From Opitutaceae bacterium (GTDB taxonomy: Bacteria > Verrucomicrobiota > Verrucomicrobiia > Opitutales > Coraliomargaritaceae): 64,000 nucleotides of DNA. The stretch lies in NCBI GenBank assembly GCA_051252375.1, contig JBPOFY010000003.1, positions 96,001 to 160,000 on the forward strand, read 5' to 3'. Under the pieces are notes generated by a model. The model had not been told where the DNA came from. It saw only the letters and a list, made by a program, of their open reading frames with translations, and did not search any database. A program made the position numbers and the translations under genes. Shown in pieces: positions 1 through 12,862 of the stretch (position 1 is its first letter; each line of letters begins with the position of its first letter).

Positions 1-117
1 AGAAACGATGACGGACATCGAGTAATCGATGTAGGCCGTCTGCATGATATCGATAATCGACGTGACTTCCGCAGGATTATGATCGCTGGAGATTTCTGGT
101 GGGAGTTCTTCGGACAT
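1..117 (-). CDS. gyrA: DNA gyrase subunit A, N-terminus only (runs off window start)
   Basis: Manual translation from ATG at 117: MSEELPPEISSDHNPAEVTSIIDIMQTAYIDYSMSVIVS. The YxDYxMSVIV motif is typical of GyrA; directly downstream of gyrB. Confidence 0.93.
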   Translation of the reverse strand, partial: MSEELPPEISSDHNPAEVTSIIDIMQTAYIDYSMSVIVS

Positions 118-129
118 GTTCTTTTAAAG

Positions 130-157
130 GAGTTAGAAGCTAGGAGTGAGCAGTTAG
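130..157. repeat. Heptamer tandem repeat (4 units, NAGYKAG)
   Basis: GAGTTAG AAGCTAG GAGTGAG CAGTTAG in the gyrB-gyrA spacer. Confidence 0.7.
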
Positions 158-204
158 TTACTTCGCTCTGCTTTCATTGATAATTAATATATACGATTGA
201 TTAT

Positions 205-2889
<2,685 letters not shown>

Positions 2890-2977
2890 TTATTAACACA
2901 GTCTTTGAGCGATTTCGGCGATCATTGGGCAAGCAAGCGAATTTGACCTAAAATGTGGTCGATTTTGGCTGTCAGAT

Positions 2978-4276
2978 CTATGCGCTACGGGCACAGATTT
3001 CGTCGACAATACGCTGGCTGCTGCCTCTGTTTGAGGCGTGCCATGAGCGTGCTGTTTCGCCCATCTGGGCTCTGACGGCTTGATCGTTTGCTAATTCAAG
3101 AATGGCTGCTTCTAGGGCAGGGGCATCTGCGACTTGTCGTGCCGCGCCCACTTGGACCAGAGAACGGCTGAGATCCTTGAAATTGGCCATTTCGGGTCCC
3201 ATTAAACTAGGTATACCGAGGCCGGCGGCTTCAATTGGGGTTTGACCGCCGTGATTGGGTGGAAGGCTTTTGCCGATGAAGGCGAGGTCAGCGACTTGGC
3301 TGAGGCGTGCTAGTTCTCCAGTGGTGTCGGCCAAATAGATGGATACGGGACCTGCTGCGGGTGATTGCGTTGATCGCTGATGCCAAGTGCGTGATTGATC
3401 GTTGAGGAGGCGAGCGATCTCAGGGGCGCGCTCCGCATGGCGGGGCACGAGGAGTAGTCGGCAGTCGATGCCTTTTGCAATTAATCGATCTTGAGCGGCG
3501 ATTAAAGCCGCTTCTTCGCCTGGCCATGTGGAAGAGCCCAGCAGGACGAAAGGCTTGGCTTCGTTCTGGGCTTGGAACCCAAGCTCGGCGAGGAGCTCGT
3601 TCTTCTGCTCGTTGGTTAGCTGGTCTGGAATTGAGACATCGAATTTAATGCTGCCGTGCATTTTGATGTTCTCGTTGGCTGCGCCGAGTGCTCCCAATCT
3701 CGATTGGTCGAGTGGGCTGGCTGCGAAAATCGTATCAAATTTACGCAGCATGCGGGCGGCAATGGTGGGCACTTTTTGATAACGTTCAAAGCTACGGTTG
3801 GAAATGCGCGCGTTGACTAAGTAGGCGGGGACCTTGTGTGCTTTGGCTTGATGCAGGTGCTCGGGCCAGAGTTCGCTTTCGGTGAGTATGAGCATGTCGG
3901 GTTGAATACGCTTCCATGCCTTGCGCGAGAATAACCAGAAGTCCAATGGGAAGACGCCAATCGCTAGCGTTTGGTCGGCGTAGCGTTTACGTGCTTCGGC
4001 ATAGCCGGTGCTGGTGGTCGTGGTGAGCACAATCTCAAATTGATTTGTGCGCTGTAACGCTTCGATCAGGGGGCCAATCGCCAATACCTCGCCGACACTG
4101 ACTGCTTGCAACCATACACGCTTACGGTCGGTGGTCGGTGGTGCCAGACGGCGGAAACGACCGAAGCGATGCTGAAAGTCTTTTCCATAGCCACCACGTC
4201 GCCACATCCGCAGGAGGTAGTAAGGGAGGGCGATTAATAAGCCCGGGAGGAAAAGCAGTCGGTAGAACCAAATCAT
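2978..4276 (-). CDS. waaA: 3-deoxy-D-manno-octulosonic acid (Kdo) transferase
   Basis: N-terminal TM, AVSVGE, ESELWP, LVPRH, DTTGEL, GGQTPIEAA motifs. Confidence 0.93.
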   Translation of the reverse strand: MIWFYRLLFLPGLLIALPYYLLRMWRRGGYGKDFQHRFGRFRRLAPPTTDRKRVWLQAVSVGEVLAIGPLIEALQRTNQFEIVLTTTTSTGYAEARKRYADQTLAIGVFPLDFWLFSRKAWKRIQPDMLILTESELWPEHLHQAKAHKVPAYLVNARISNRSFERYQKVPTIAARMLRKFDTIFAASPLDQSRLGALGAANENIKMHGSIKFDVSIPDQLTNEQKNELLAELGFQAQNEAKPFVLLGSSTWPGEEAALIAAQDRLIAKGIDCRLLLVPRHAERAPEIARLLNDQSRTWHQRSTQSPAAGPVSIYLADTTGELARLSQVADLAFIGKSLPPNHGGQTPIEAAGLGIPSLMGPEMANFKDLSRSLVQVGAARQVADAPALEAAILELANDQAVRAQMGETARSWHASNRGSSQRIVDEICARSA

Positions 4277-4368
4277 TCAAATGTGATATGACGCGTCTTT
4301 GCCCGAGTTTTAAAGTATAAAAGTTGTTCTGAGTTGCGACCTTGCACTGATTGGGCAGTTTGCTGGAA

Positions 4369-5379
4369 ATGGATCCATTAACTCAAGCAAGCTTAGGGGC
4401 TGCTGCGGCAGCCTTGTTTAGCCGTGGTCGAAATGTTCGACGTGCTATACTTGTCGGCGCGACGGCAGGGGCGGCTCCTGATGTGGATGTCTTTATTCGT
4501 TCCGCAACGGATCCGTTGCTTGCTTTGGAGTATCATCGTCATTTCACCCATGCCTTGCTTTTTGCTCCGGTCTTTGGGCTGTTGATTGCTGCTTTGTTTA
4601 AGGGACTCTTTTTTTGGAAGCGATGGTCGTATCGAGAGTTAGCCCTATTCGGGATAGTGGGCGCGCTGACTCATGGGCTGCTCGATGCCTGCACGAGTTA
4701 TGGCACTTTGTTGTATTTGCCGATCTCTTCGCACCGAGAGTCTTGGGATATCATTTCGATCGTAGATCCCATTTTTACTCTACCTTTGTTTTTGCTGACG
4801 GTATGTGCTTTTGCATGGAGGCGACCTCAATTCGCCCGAGTGGTGTTTGCTTTCTGCATGTTGTATCTCTGCTTTGGGGTATATCAACGAGAGCGGGCGC
4901 AAAGCTTCGCAACAGGTTTAGCAGAGGAAAGAGGGCACCAGCCTTTACAGCTTACGGCACGACCTTCTTTCGGTAATACGGTTCTTTGGCGCCTCGTCTA
5001 TCGGGAGGGTGATCGATATTATGTGGATGCGGTTCGTATTTTGCCTTTCAGACCGACAATTCATTATTCAGGTGCATCGGTTCCGGTATTTAAGCTAGAG
5101 GATGCGCATGCACTGTTGCCTGCTGATTCAACACTAGCACGGGATGTTGAGCGTTTTAGGTTTTTCTCGCAGGATTATCTTTATCAGGTGCCCGATGAAC
5201 CTGTTGTTTCAGATCTGCGTTACTCGATGTTTCCCGACTCGGTCGAACCACTGTGGGGCATCGTGGTAAACCCGGAAGAATCTGAGGCCCATGCGGAGAT
5301 GGTCTATTATCGAGATCCTTCGCAGCGATCATTTGATCGCATATGGAGAATGATCAAAGGCGAACCTGCAGAGTTTTAA
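4369..5379 (+). CDS. Inner-membrane metal-dependent hydrolase (YdjM/YfhP family)
   Basis: MDPLTQ start, PDxD, HRxFTH, HGLLDxxTSYG motifs; several TM segments. Confidence 0.85.
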   Translation: MDPLTQASLGAAAAALFSRGRNVRRAILVGATAGAAPDVDVFIRSATDPLLALEYHRHFTHALLFAPVFGLLIAALFKGLFFWKRWSYRELALFGIVGALTHGLLDACTSYGTLLYLPISSHRESWDIISIVDPIFTLPLFLLTVCAFAWRRPQFARVVFAFCMLYLCFGVYQRERAQSFATGLAEERGHQPLQLTARPSFGNTVLWRLVYREGDRYYVDAVRILPFRPTIHYSGASVPVFKLEDAHALLPADSTLARDVERFRFFSQDYLYQVPDEPVVSDLRYSMFPDSVEPLWGIVVNPEESEAHAEMVYYRDPSQRSFDRIWRMIKGEPAEF

Positions 5380-5909
5380 TATTTCAAAGTGAGGCCGACT
5401 GTATGCATGTCGAGACCGGGGTTCGGATCGTTGATGTCTGCATTAGAAGTGTGCTGGAATCGATAACTAATCGACCAGTTCTCGCACATGCTCCATTCTA
5501 GGCCGAGGCTGCTAGTGAAGTGGAAGTTGCCGCCCATGTCATATTGATCAAAGGTGTCTTCTGAATATAAGGAAGGACCAGAACTCATCACTATACTGAC
5601 TGGAAAATCTCCAAAAGAAATTTCAAGTGCAGGAGCGAAGCGGATGTAGCCTGCCGTTTCACCTTCACCTGTGAGTGCGCCCAGGGCGGCTTCGAAGTTT
5701 AGGTCCGCGGTGATGCTGTCGTTTAGTTCCCATGACCAAGGTGAGTTGATCGTGCCAAAGAATTCGTAGCTGTTGAGGCTGACAGTGCTTTCTGCATCAA
5801 AACCAATACGAACGCCTGCTTCGCAAGAATTAAAAAAACAATCTTCGGCTTGTAGTTGTGCGCCGCTTATTGTGAGAGCAATGAGTCCAAGTGTGGTAGA
5901 GGTCTTCAT
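5376..5909 (-). CDS. pagL: Lipid A 3-O-deacylase (PagL family) outer-membrane beta-barrel
   Basis: Signal peptide, amphipathic strands, C-terminal HxSNA...NPGLD motif, terminal aromatic residue. Confidence 0.8.
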   Translation of the reverse strand: MKTSTTLGLIALTISGAQLQAEDCFFNSCEAGVRIGFDAESTVSLNSYEFFGTINSPWSWELNDSITADLNFEAALGALTGEGETAGYIRFAPALEISFGDFPVSIVMSSGPSLYSEDTFDQYDMGGNFHFTSSLGLEWSMCENWSISYRFQHTSNADINDPNPGLDMHTVGLTLKY

Positions 5910-6028
5910 GTTCGTATACTATTGATGGATAAGTCACGAAATTTAGCAATTCACGTTGATTCGTCAATAGTGCACTCAGCGCATCCGTGCTGTGTGTCTA
6001 TTTTCTGAATAGCCAAGTTGGTCTGAGC

Positions 6029-7159
6029 TTACTCGGCGCTAGCGCCGACCTTTTGAAGCACCGCTTCAACATCGAGGAAATCGTTGGTCTGGGTGGAGAC
6101 TGTGATTTCGCCAAGCTGGAGTTGATTGACGAGTTCGAATGCGACAAAGTTTTGACCTCCAGGTGTATTGAGGGCTTTGGCTTTGAGGCTTTCACCTTCT
6201 GCATAGGCTTCTTTTTCAAGAAGGGTGCCTTTCGCTTCCAGTTCGGCTTTGTATAAATTCGCATCCGCTTTTAGCTTCGCTGCAGCAAGGCGAGCGTCCG
6301 CATTTAGCTGCGCGATCTGCTTATCGGTTTCCGCTTGAATGGTGCGTTGATCCGCTTTTAATTCTTCTTGGATCACATTGACCTTGGCTTCTGTTTCGGC
6401 GCCGATGCGATTGGTCTCGCCGCGCTTTTCTTCGGCGAGGGCACGGGATTTGTTGAGCTCGACGTCTTGGTCGGCAAGTTTCTTGTCGAGAATTTTGCGT
6501 TCGTATGCCTGATCAAATCCGATATCGCGGATCAAGATTTGGATGAGTTCAATGCTGTTGGAAGTCAGCTCGGTTTCGAGTAGCTCGGTGGCTTCAGAGA
6601 CCTTGAGGCGACGGACTTCGGGGTCATAAAATTGCTCGGTGCGCATAGTGCCAAAGGTGCCGCGAATGACTTGTTGGACTTGGTCGCGAACGATGCCTTT
6701 GTAGCGAGCCTGGGAACCTAGCTCTTGATAGAGCTTATGCACTTCACCTGGCTGGATGCGGTATTTGACTGTGACGTCGAGGCGGACAGTGTAACCATCT
6801 TTAGATTTTAACTCCACTTGACCGGGACCACCAACGGGAGTGGCGTCCAAATAGCTGCGTGAAACTAAGGAGAGAGATTTATAGATTTTATTGGTTTCCT
6901 GGCGCTCTTGTTCAGTTGTGAATTCGGTTGTCTGGACTGTAGCATCGAAGACGTTCCAAGTGTCGAGTAGCGGAAGGTTGCGGTGCCAGCCAGGCCCGTA
7001 GTCTTCTGCGACGACACCTTTCTCACCAAGAAAAGCGTATTGTTGGGTGCGGACGCCGGTTTGTCCGAGTTCAATTTTGATGAAGACAAACTGCGCGGCT
7101 AAGAAGACGCAAATCAGGGAGACGAGAATGATTCCGGAGAGAATTTTGAGAAATTTCAT
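6029..7159 (-). CDS. SPFH (band 7/prohibitin/HflK-C superfamily) membrane protein, paralogue 2
   Basis: N-terminal [23 protein letters not shown] band-7 core, long Ala/Glu/Lys coiled coil. Confidence 0.9.
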   Translation of the reverse strand: MKFLKILSGIILVSLICVFLAAQFVFIKIELGQTGVRTQQYAFLGEKGVVAEDYGPGWHRNLPLLDTWNVFDATVQTTEFTTEQERQETNKIYKSLSLVSRSYLDATPVGGPGQVELKSKDGYTVRLDVTVKYRIQPGEVHKLYQELGSQARYKGIVRDQVQQVIRGTFGTMRTEQFYDPEVRRLKVSEATELLETELTSNSIELIQILIRDIGFDQAYERKILDKKLADQDVELNKSRALAEEKRGETNRIGAETEAKVNVIQEELKADQRTIQAETDKQIAQLNADARLAAAKLKADANLYKAELEAKGTLLEKEAYAEGESLKAKALNTPGGQNFVAFELVNQLQLGEITVSTQTNDFLDVEAVLQKVGASAE

Positions 7160-7206
7160 TTTAAAAAGTGGCTGTAGAAGTTGAGCGAAATGTGAATATT
7201 ACAAGT

Positions 7207-8337
7207 TTAGTTCAATGTCTTCTTTTTGGTGACGGCTCCTTCGTCTTGATAGGTGAGGCGTTCAGTTTTACTTTCGATAGTGAAAGGCTGGCCTGTAATC
7301 TTCATGTCGCCGATTTTTTCAGCGTAGGCGCGCTTGATCAAATTGACGCCACCGACACCTTCGTAGGCTTGGGCCATGACGGTGAGGCCTTCGCCTTCGG
7401 CTTGCGCTTGGACTAAGATGGCTTGGGAGTTTTTATCGCGGCTATAAAAGTCAGCATCGGCACCGAGCTTGGTATCGATGACATAGGCTTCTGCTTGTTT
7501 GATATCGCGCTCCGCGTTGGCAGTTGCTTCGACGATTAGCTTTTGCATTTCACCATCGAAGGTCGCTAAGAAGACTTCCTTTTTCTTGGTTGCTTCAACA
7601 ACACGGAAAATCTGATTTTGGAGAGATGCTTTTGCCTTGGAGACTTGTTCTTCGACTTCTTGGTCGGCTAGCTTTTTGGCGCGGATACGTTCTTCGTATT
7701 CTGGGTGAAAGCTGAATTTTTCGGCGATCACACTAGAGACAACGAGGCCGTAGTCTTTGAGTAATTTATTGAGTTCAAGGCGTGCTTTCTCAGCTTTATC
7801 GTTACGAATGCTCGCATCATAGAATTCTTCTGTAGTCATCTCGCCAAAAACAGAGCGGCAGACTGAGCGAGAATAGTCGCGCACCCATTTGTATTTGTAG
7901 GCGTCTTCGAGGCCAGAGGTGGTGACGACTGCTTCGACCATCGCTCGGTCGAGTTGATAATTGATTGTGAGATCGAGGAAGACATCACTGCCATCGACGG
8001 TCTTGATGCGAAGGTCGTCGCGACCGCTACGTTGACCGCGACCAGACTCGGAGACCATCTCAAGGCGCTGGACTGTCATGTCAAGGAGGTGAAAGGTATT
8101 GAGCAGACCATTGTAAATATTGGTGCCCGACTCGGCGATGACTTCAATGTTGCCAGTCACGTTGTTTACTTTGATGCCGACTTCAGTTCCTGAGACACGT
8201 TGGACTCGGAAAGTGACCATCAGGAAAACAGTGAGTGCAACGAGGGCGAGTAACAATAGGGCGAGTGAGCCTTTGAATCGTTCGAGAGCTGCAAGGATAG
8301 GAGGCTGACTCCGCTGGTTGGGAAAATTTAATGCCAT
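7207..8337 (-). CDS. SPFH (band 7/prohibitin/HflK-C superfamily) membrane protein, paralogue 1
   Basis: N-terminal [20 protein letters not shown] band-7 core, [13 protein letters not shown], coiled-coil tail. Confidence 0.9.
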   Translation of the reverse strand: MALNFPNQRSQPPILAALERFKGSLALLLLALVALTVFLMVTFRVQRVSGTEVGIKVNNVTGNIEVIAESGTNIYNGLLNTFHLLDMTVQRLEMVSESGRGQRSGRDDLRIKTVDGSDVFLDLTINYQLDRAMVEAVVTTSGLEDAYKYKWVRDYSRSVCRSVFGEMTTEEFYDASIRNDKAEKARLELNKLLKDYGLVVSSVIAEKFSFHPEYEERIRAKKLADQEVEEQVSKAKASLQNQIFRVVEATKKKEVFLATFDGEMQKLIVEATANAERDIKQAEAYVIDTKLGADADFYSRDKNSQAILVQAQAEGEGLTVMAQAYEGVGGVNLIKRAYAEKIGDMKITGQPFTIESKTERLTYQDEGAVTKKKTLN

Positions 8338-8383
8338 GGTGACTTTATATTAAGAGTGTGAAATTTATTGGGACTATTCGTAT

Positions 8384-9184
8384 TTAGACCGAGGGAAGTG
8401 GTTTCGGTGGTGCTTTAAGTATTCTAAAAAAGCTGATTGCTGCTACCGCTAGGCCCCCGAAAAAGACTAGAGGGAATGGAATTCTAGCGGTGACGGCTAG
8501 TAAGAAGCAGAATATAAGGATTAGCAGTGACATGGATAATCCTTTAAGCAAGCGAACTTCGACTTCTTCTTGTAAGGCGCCGGGAAATTGGCGGATGAAG
8601 AGATCATTTCGTTTATAAACTGGCGTGGGGTAACGGAGCGGGGGGAGTGTCCAAGCATTTATCTCCATACTATAATTTAAAATGCCGTGGTCTTTGAGTT
8701 CGGTGAGGCGTTTTTCCACTTTTTTGAATGAAATGCGAGAATGCCCTGCGATGTCGCTAGTGCTGGCGGGAGCAGGGAGATTGTTGGCTAAATATATCAA
8801 TTCATGCTGCCACACCGCTTCCGCGGGCCAGATGTCGTGTTCTGCAGTGTGAGCTAGCTCAGTCTCAATCTTCTGGCGAGTCTCCGGCGAGAGCACGGTA
8901 TATTCGAAATCATCCAGTGGCTCGTTTGAATAGACACAATGACGAGGCGCGAACTTTTGAGCTGGTTTATTGAGTGACTCGACAAAAAGGTAAGTGGTGA
9001 GACCGTTCTGTGTTTCTTTTTGCACGCGATCGGATTCTGCGAGTTCATCGAGTGTTTGTTCAATGAGGCCGATGCTAACCGGAAGGTAGGGTAGCAGTTG
9101 TGTCGGATGCACGACGCCACCTTGCGAAGCCGATAATTGCTCGGCAAGGTTTTCGGTCACTACTGGCCATATAGGATCACTCAT
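8384..9184 (-). CDS. Hypothetical protein: two winged-helix-like segments and two C-terminal TM helices
   Basis: 266-aa ORF; helix-helix-beta-hairpin patterns at about aa 20-68 and 128-182; hydrophobic aa 215-255. Confidence 0.75.
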   Translation of the reverse strand: MSDPIWPVVTENLAEQLSASQGGVVHPTQLLPYLPVSIGLIEQTLDELAESDRVQKETQNGLTTYLFVESLNKPAQKFAPRHCVYSNEPLDDFEYTVLSPETRQKIETELAHTAEHDIWPAEAVWQHELIYLANNLPAPASTSDIAGHSRISFKKVEKRLTELKDHGILNYSMEINAWTLPPLRYPTPVYKRNDLFIRQFPGALQEEVEVRLLKGLSMSLLILIFCFLLAVTARIPFPLVFFGGLAVAAISFFRILKAPPKPLPSV

Positions 9185-9383
9185 AATTGGATAGCTTTAT
9201 AGATTGGTGTAATTCTGTCAGTCGAAAACGCACTGAATCGGTCGATTTTTTGGGTTTAAGGTATTGTTATGAAATTTAGGTGAATGCCTCAATGCGATTC
9301 GTGCAACTGGCGAATGGTTGATTCTTTCGGTTTTCTACATTCTCGACTGGTCAATGGCGACTGGCCTACCTTTATTCATATCA

Positions 9384-10397
9384 ATGTCCGACGCCATCAA
9401 GCAACGTATACGCGACGAAGCCCTTTCGCTGGGCTTCCATTCATTTGGTGTGACGCAGGTGCCTATTGAGTTAAGGGCTGCTTACTATGAGCAATGGATC
9501 GCTGATGGCAAACATGGCACAATGGCTTGGATGGCGAACAATAATGATCGGCGCTTGGCTCCAGAGAGGCTCTTGCCCGAGGCGCGCTCGATTATTGTTT
9601 TGGCTCTGAATTATTATCAGGCGGATCCAGAGCGTAACTACCGCATCGCAAAATACGCGCTTGGGGACGATTATCACAACTTCATGTTACGCCGTCTAAA
9701 GCGGCTCTGCCGAATATTGCGGGAGGAGTATGGAGGTGCGCAACGCCCCTATGTGGACACCGGTCCCTTGCTCGAAAAACCGATTGCAGAATCTGCGGGC
9801 ATCGGTTGGCAAGGTAAGAGCACGATCTTGATCGAACCGAAACAGGGGACTTGGTCTTTTCTTGCCAATATCGTAACCACGCTGGACTTGCCTGCGGATG
9901 AGAAAGCCAAAGATCGTTGTGGCACGTGCACTCGCTGTATCGATGTTTGTCCGACACGTGCGATTACCGGTCCTTATCAATTGGATGCCTCCAAATGTAT
10001 TTCCTATTTAACGATCGAGCATGATGGCTCGATACCTTTGGAATATCGCAGTGCAATCGGCGACCGACTTTATGGCTGCGATGAATGTCTCGACGTCTGT
10101 CCATGGAACAAGTGGGCCACGCCGACAACTGAGCCGAAGTTTGCCCTGCGTTCGTTGCCCGACCTTTCTGCAATGTTACATTGGGATGAGGCGACCTTTA
10201 CCACTCAGATGCAGGGTTCGCCTATGCGGCGCCTTAAGTGGCATCGCTTTCGTAGGAATATTTGCGTGGTCTTGGGGAATGTCGGTGAGGTGGGCGATAT
10301 TCCTTCTCTGGAAACCGTGATGGGGGCGGGAGATCCGATGGTTTCTGAGCATGCAGAATGGGCGATCGCGCAGATTCGCCGGCGCGCAAGCGCATGA
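9384..10397 (+). CDS. queG: Epoxyqueuosine reductase
   Basis: YALGDDYH, VDTGPLLEK, CGTCTRCIDVCPT, GCDECLDVCPWN Fe-S motifs; likely start MSDAIK. Confidence 0.95.
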   Translation: MSDAIKQRIRDEALSLGFHSFGVTQVPIELRAAYYEQWIADGKHGTMAWMANNNDRRLAPERLLPEARSIIVLALNYYQADPERNYRIAKYALGDDYHNFMLRRLKRLCRILREEYGGAQRPYVDTGPLLEKPIAESAGIGWQGKSTILIEPKQGTWSFLANIVTTLDLPADEKAKDRCGTCTRCIDVCPTRAITGPYQLDASKCISYLTIEHDGSIPLEYRSAIGDRLYGCDECLDVCPWNKWATPTTEPKFALRSLPDLSAMLHWDEATFTTQMQGSPMRRLKWHRFRRNICVVLGNVGEVGDIPSLETVMGAGDPMVSEHAEWAIAQIRRRASA

Positions 10398-10455
10398 CCT
10401 GTTTTAGTATTCTGCCTTGCTACGCAATCTGGTTTAGGGCAAATCAACCACTCAA

Positions 10456-11640
10456 ATGCGATCTTCGGCAAAAAATATTTTAGCGGCAGTATTGGTGCTA
10501 TTTGTCCTGTTTAGCAGCAGTGGCTTTTCTCAGGGCACGGTGTTTGGTTATACTAAAGAAACCGCTCAAGAGACTCTAGAAGAGCGAGTCGTGCGGCTTA
10601 AAAAAGAATTGGCTGAAGCGGAGCTAGCTTTGGCTGTATCAATAAATGCCGAGGAGGTTGAAGAAGTGGTCGCGCAGATTGAAGAGCCGCCGCCTCAGGA
10701 AGTAGTGATCCCTTCCGGAGCATTGGTTGTAATAGAGGGTGAAAATGGGTCCGGGTCCGGTTTTATTGCTAACATGAAGGGACGTCCGTTCCTTATTTCG
10801 AATATTCATGTGATGGGCGCTGCTCGTGGTGCACGTATTACTACGGTTGATGGTGAGAAACTCCGCTTGGGGTCGACTGCCTACGTCAGCAAAGGGCGTG
10901 ATATTGCTATTATACCAATAACGTGGGCGGGCCCTACCTTGGAACTTTCCGCGTCTTTGAATTTTGATAAAGTTGCCATCGGCGACGGAGTCATCGTGAT
11001 GGGGAATTCCAGTGGTGCGAGTGTCGCGACTCGATTGAAAGGCGTTGTTAAAGGTCTTGGCCCGAAGGAAGTGGAAGTGTCCGCAAAGTTTGTGCCAGGT
11101 AATAGTGGTAGCCCGATTGTTCATCAAGAGCTTGGCACAGTCATCGCCGTGGCTTCACATTTGAAGGATTTTAGTTCTGATAGCAAATGGACCCAAGGCA
11201 CTGGTTTGAATCGAATTCGCCGTTTCGGATACCGTCTAGACGGTGACATTATTTGGGAGCAAATCGAGCTGTCAGATTTATATAAGCAAGGTGAAGCGTA
11301 TGGACGTTTCGAAGATAGAACCATCGCGATGTGGAACATTAGTTATCAACTGAGTCGTGAATCTATATTGCTCACATCCTATCGGGATCACCCGTCAATT
11401 GGATATATATATGAAGGTATTACCAACGACTTTGATGTGGAACGAAACACCTCATCGGCACATAACATTCTGTTACTGCGTCGCTTTATTGCCAGTATGA
11501 TAAATGAGACCCAAAATGATTTAGTGAACACGGATGACGTGATTACCCTGAGTTTTTATCAAAATCGATTTGATGAAATCAAAGTTTTCCGCGGTAAGAT
11601 ACGAAACAACTTAAATCGCTTTGCGGATTCTCGATTGTAG
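10456..11640 (+). CDS. Secreted trypsin-like (S1) serine protease without PDZ domain
   Basis: Signal peptide, GSGF, NIHV (His), DIA (Asp), GNSGSP (Ser). Confidence 0.85.
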   Translation: MRSSAKNILAAVLVLFVLFSSSGFSQGTVFGYTKETAQETLEERVVRLKKELAEAELALAVSINAEEVEEVVAQIEEPPPQEVVIPSGALVVIEGENGSGSGFIANMKGRPFLISNIHVMGAARGARITTVDGEKLRLGSTAYVSKGRDIAIIPITWAGPTLELSASLNFDKVAIGDGVIVMGNSSGASVATRLKGVVKGLGPKEVEVSAKFVPGNSGSPIVHQELGTVIAVASHLKDFSSDSKWTQGTGLNRIRRFGYRLDGDIIWEQIELSDLYKQGEAYGRFEDRTIAMWNISYQLSRESILLTSYRDHPSIGYIYEGITNDFDVERNTSSAHNILLLRRFIASMINETQNDLVNTDDVITLSFYQNRFDEIKVFRGKIRNNLNRFADSRL

Positions 11641-11657
11641 CGTTCGTGCTGCTTTGA

Positions 11658-12560
11658 TTAAGTTTTTAATTTAATCAAAATAATCCCGATTAAAAGAAAA
11701 CCAATGCAAACTGCTTTTTGCCTAAAATTCTTTTCTTTGTGCAAATAGATGCCACCAAAGAAAGTGACGATCACGGCGCAGCGACGGATGGGCGAAATGA
11801 CTGCGATTAAGGCGCCTTCTTGAGTGAGTGCAGTGAAGTATAGGAAGTCAGCGATGAGTAAGCAAATACCGATCAATGGTATCGACCAGCGCCATTGAAA
11901 AGGAGCTCGAGGCCAGCGACCTTTTAACCACAAAACGTAGAAGGGCAGTATCACGACGACTAAATAGATTGAAAACCATGCCTGGACAGTGGCTGGCTCA
12001 AGTGCCGCGTTTTGCATGAGATATTTATCATAGATCGCGCTACAAGCACCCACTAAGGTGGCGATTAACATATAGCCCACCCAACGGTTGCGATGGAAAT
12101 GAATGTTTTCGAGCTTACCTACAAATGAGAAGGCGTAGAATGCACTTAGAACCACTGCGATGCCTGCCCATTGCCATGTGTTTGGTTTTTCGCCCATTAT
12201 CAAGACCGCCAATAAAATCGTCCATAATGGACTGGTTGCACGAATGGGCCCCGCGATGGAAAGCGGCAGGTTTTTGAGTGCAAAGTATCCGAAGATCCAA
12301 GACGCCCCGACGAGAATCGACTTCAGGAATAAGAGTAAGTGTGTGTGTGGTGTTATCGACACCACTTGGAAACGTTCGACTGGAAATGTTTCGGGGGCAA
12401 GGTGCGACCAGATGACAAAGGGGAGCCATATACATGCACTTGTGACGATGCCGAAGAACAGCACTGGCAACACCGCATTCTCCTTTAGGGCGTGTTTCTT
12501 TGCTAGATCATAAAAACCGAGTAGCAGCGCCGATAGTATACTTAAGGCAATCCAAGACAT
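11658..12560 (-). CDS. DMT/EamA family transporter
   Basis: About 10 TM helices in two repeats; 300 aa. Confidence 0.88.
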   Translation of the reverse strand: MSWIALSILSALLLGFYDLAKKHALKENAVLPVLFFGIVTSACIWLPFVIWSHLAPETFPVERFQVVSITPHTHLLLFLKSILVGASWIFGYFALKNLPLSIAGPIRATSPLWTILLAVLIMGEKPNTWQWAGIAVVLSAFYAFSFVGKLENIHFHRNRWVGYMLIATLVGACSAIYDKYLMQNAALEPATVQAWFSIYLVVVILPFYVLWLKGRWPRAPFQWRWSIPLIGICLLIADFLYFTALTQEGALIAVISPIRRCAVIVTFFGGIYLHKEKNFRQKAVCIGFLLIGIILIKLKT

Positions 12561-12619
12561 TTGTATAAGCCGTATATGTGAAGGCAGGGTGCCGCATCTC
12601 CGTGTCGCGTTTAGTAAAC

Positions 12620-12652
12620 AAAAGCCCCTCGGTTCAATGAACCGAGGGGCTT
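12620..12652 (-). terminator. Intrinsic terminator downstream of tRNA-Glu
   Basis: AAAAGCCCCTCGGTTCA-A-TGAACCGAGGGGCTT hairpin with U-tract on the minus strand. Confidence 0.85.
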
Positions 12653-12656
12653 AAAA

Positions 12657-12734
12657 TGGCCTCCCGTAGGGGATTCGAACCCCTGTTGCCTGGATGAAAA
12701 CCAGGTGTCCTAGACCGGGCTAGACGAACGGGAG
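12657..12734 (-). tRNA. tRNA-Glu (TTC)
   Basis: Minus-strand cloverleaf CTCCCGT...ACGGGAG-G-CCA; anticodon arm CCTGG-TTTTCAT-CCAGG; GGTTCGAATCC T-arm. Confidence 0.96.
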
Positions 12735-12862
12735 GGAGGAGAAGTCACGGAAGCTATGTTTACAGAAGGGGGGGGCAAGTCTTTTTTTGAGAAAAACACA
12801 CAAAATATTCTATTACGCAAGAAACCGTTTGCGCATGCGGGGTGGAAGGCTAATGAAAAGAT

